Position numbers and translations under genes: made by a program. Below, piece after piece: positions 63,501-64,000 of a stretch of 64,000 nucleotides of DNA; positions within the stretch are counted from its first letter, which is position 1; each line of letters begins with the position of its first letter. A model generated the notes under the pieces. That model saw only the letters and a program-made list of their open reading frames with translations, ran no database searches and was not told the origin of the DNA. The DNA is from a virus (Duplodnaviria > Caudoviricetes): IMG/VR virus record IMGVR_UViG_3300044675_007236; one strand, written 5' to 3'.

Positions 63501-64000
63501 ATCATTTGTGCCGCCATGGACTGCACACTACCGGCAGGTCCTGACATCACGTCCAGAAATTCAGATCCTCCTGGAACCGTCATAGAAATCAGCGGACTAT
63601 ACTGCGCAATATTGCTGGCCATTTGCTGTGCCGCAAAACGCTGACTAGCGTTCATTGGTATACCGGCAATTGCAGCACTGCCGCGAAAAAACTGATACAT
63701 GTTAGTAGCGTCTTGACTTGCTACGCCGCTCATTACGTTGAGCTGCGTCATTTGCATTTGCCTAGCGTCAATAGCCTGCTGCATTGACGCGGCGTTACCG
63801 ATTGACATAAGCCCGGCTTGTTGTAATCGGTTCGACAAGTAAGTGTTACCCGCCAGGTTAAGTAATTGGCCCGGCAGTCCGTAATTATTCAAGCCAAAGG
63901 GAGCCAACGGGGAAGTGTCCACAGTTCCAGCACCCGCTATAGCCGGGCCGTACATACCTGCCGTAGCAGCTAGGTTGTTCCCGCCGGGTCCCGGCACGCC
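60536..64000 (-). CDS. Tape measure protein (5' partial)
   Basis: More than 1150 aa, Ala/Gly/Gln/Met-rich helical, upstream of baseplate genes; frame is open to the window edge. Confidence 0.75.
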   Translation of the reverse strand, partial: GVPGPGGNNLAATAGMYGPAIAGAGTVDTSPLAPFGLNNYGLPGQLLNLAGNTYLSNRLQQAGLMSIGNAASMQQAIDARQMQMTQLNVMSGVASQDATNMYQFFRGSAAIAGIPMNASQRFAAQQMASNIAQYSPLISMTVPGGSEFLDVMSGPAGSVQSMAAQMMEANRYRIDPTTGRYGMGAEANTSMIKNVFSNMFAEDNIARMQGLRAGDVGQIYRALSSEGLAGPTASLRDRTLDAVLNAQRSGVDMNEVAARTGINSGLLAGDVNKLSNEQLGKLRKDSAIQERLTKADAQQITNQLQDYVEAISAMREVFGEAGNPNAPVPQLIGALKALTGGQMQKFDPASLANMVRDMQAMSQMSGKSIDQIMAMSQTANAMNTSIMGSHAANFNPATVSAGIAGGIAFSQAGGATGFGALNRQQAEQSTMSLFSRGLGSETSQAMGALLRVQQAGGFANNSAGRQLQAIMAAAAAGQETYTFNGVTMQMPSKLTEFRALAAQGGIAGGDANTFNMMLNDRTSNFRALSENPEMQATAFQLQRREINQKLNQTMSFRLAGETALRTGIQDNTQRAAAAKSISAAGLGALNALSPAEMQNPELRIGAMAEAIRAEAGTYNLNLSDEQARAMAAGQFGQAEQTIQNYGFESFTAYSQVHGKHVSQARGAAQQAAAVRSATNSSMAKLQGAGGIQGRIGSAIMRQADRAAGGQDVNMDTLLQDLFGNTFIAEQQTIGGPLERVRSLYNQARELESQFTEATTPEERQRLQERSQQLKTELDTAIAAAGNAIETSGLGATQNLAKLTLGDYSEEAKKLGMTPEQYLDAVRSGKMPSSVRAISDKEVLKNTRNAEAIISSTDRELSSFNADLQSKDPEVRRRAESSVAAIKAKRNLAMQDRNAGMRAMGLTPGNVEDETEYQKQLANQGAIGLLENRASGYRTSMETLRGKGLSEEEAREKVDEAVVLEKEARAREAEEQAKVLATAELNTLADAFGLDTSESRKALADKLQLKDKSDESTSAANQKMLSGILKRLDKNKTVGGTGGIEKLDILTDKYNAAKGDKEKMKALAKEYNMSVGDLEQSMRQTEFLGMAESTDPYTTDKLAKEMSAVASRDIATETASESTSTVSIDGVLKIVGDVVNGNGTFQSTTGALGVN

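Noticed and set aside
60969-63544. Multiple plus-strand ORFs over the tape measure and other long minus-strand genes
   Set aside because: Antisense shadows of Ala-rich coding sequence.

Overview
This is a 64-kb segment of a large, probably contractile-tailed dsDNA phage genome. The 5' end of the tape measure gene lies beyond the window. Almost all genes are on the minus strand; the exceptions are the terminase (with a nested endonuclease) and one probable head gene. The left half (about 1-33 kb) is a dense block of small early-type genes. It includes a primase-like protein, a GP88-like protein, an AAA+/DUF3150/DUF1257/DUF2997-like module, an RNA ligase, Gly/Tyr-rich proteins, a six-copy paralog array and one tRNA(CAU). 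The right half (about 33-64 kb) holds glycosyltransferases, a collagen-like fibre, five Cys-rich virion paralogs, baseplate genes, a papain-like protease, an MMP-like protease, a sigma factor and the tape measure. Gene content suggests a Planctomycetota host (inference only). Three items stand out: (1) a terminase intein whose LAGLIDADG endonuclease is overprinted in a different reading frame, with its ATG at the codon where the intein block-B His is replaced by Glu; (2) an array of about five closed-stem, partly tRNA-like RNAs directly upstream of the RNA ligase gene; (3) a roughly 790-nt hairpin-dense non-coding region in the size class of giant ornate RNAs. Family names come from motifs recognised by eye, not from database searches.
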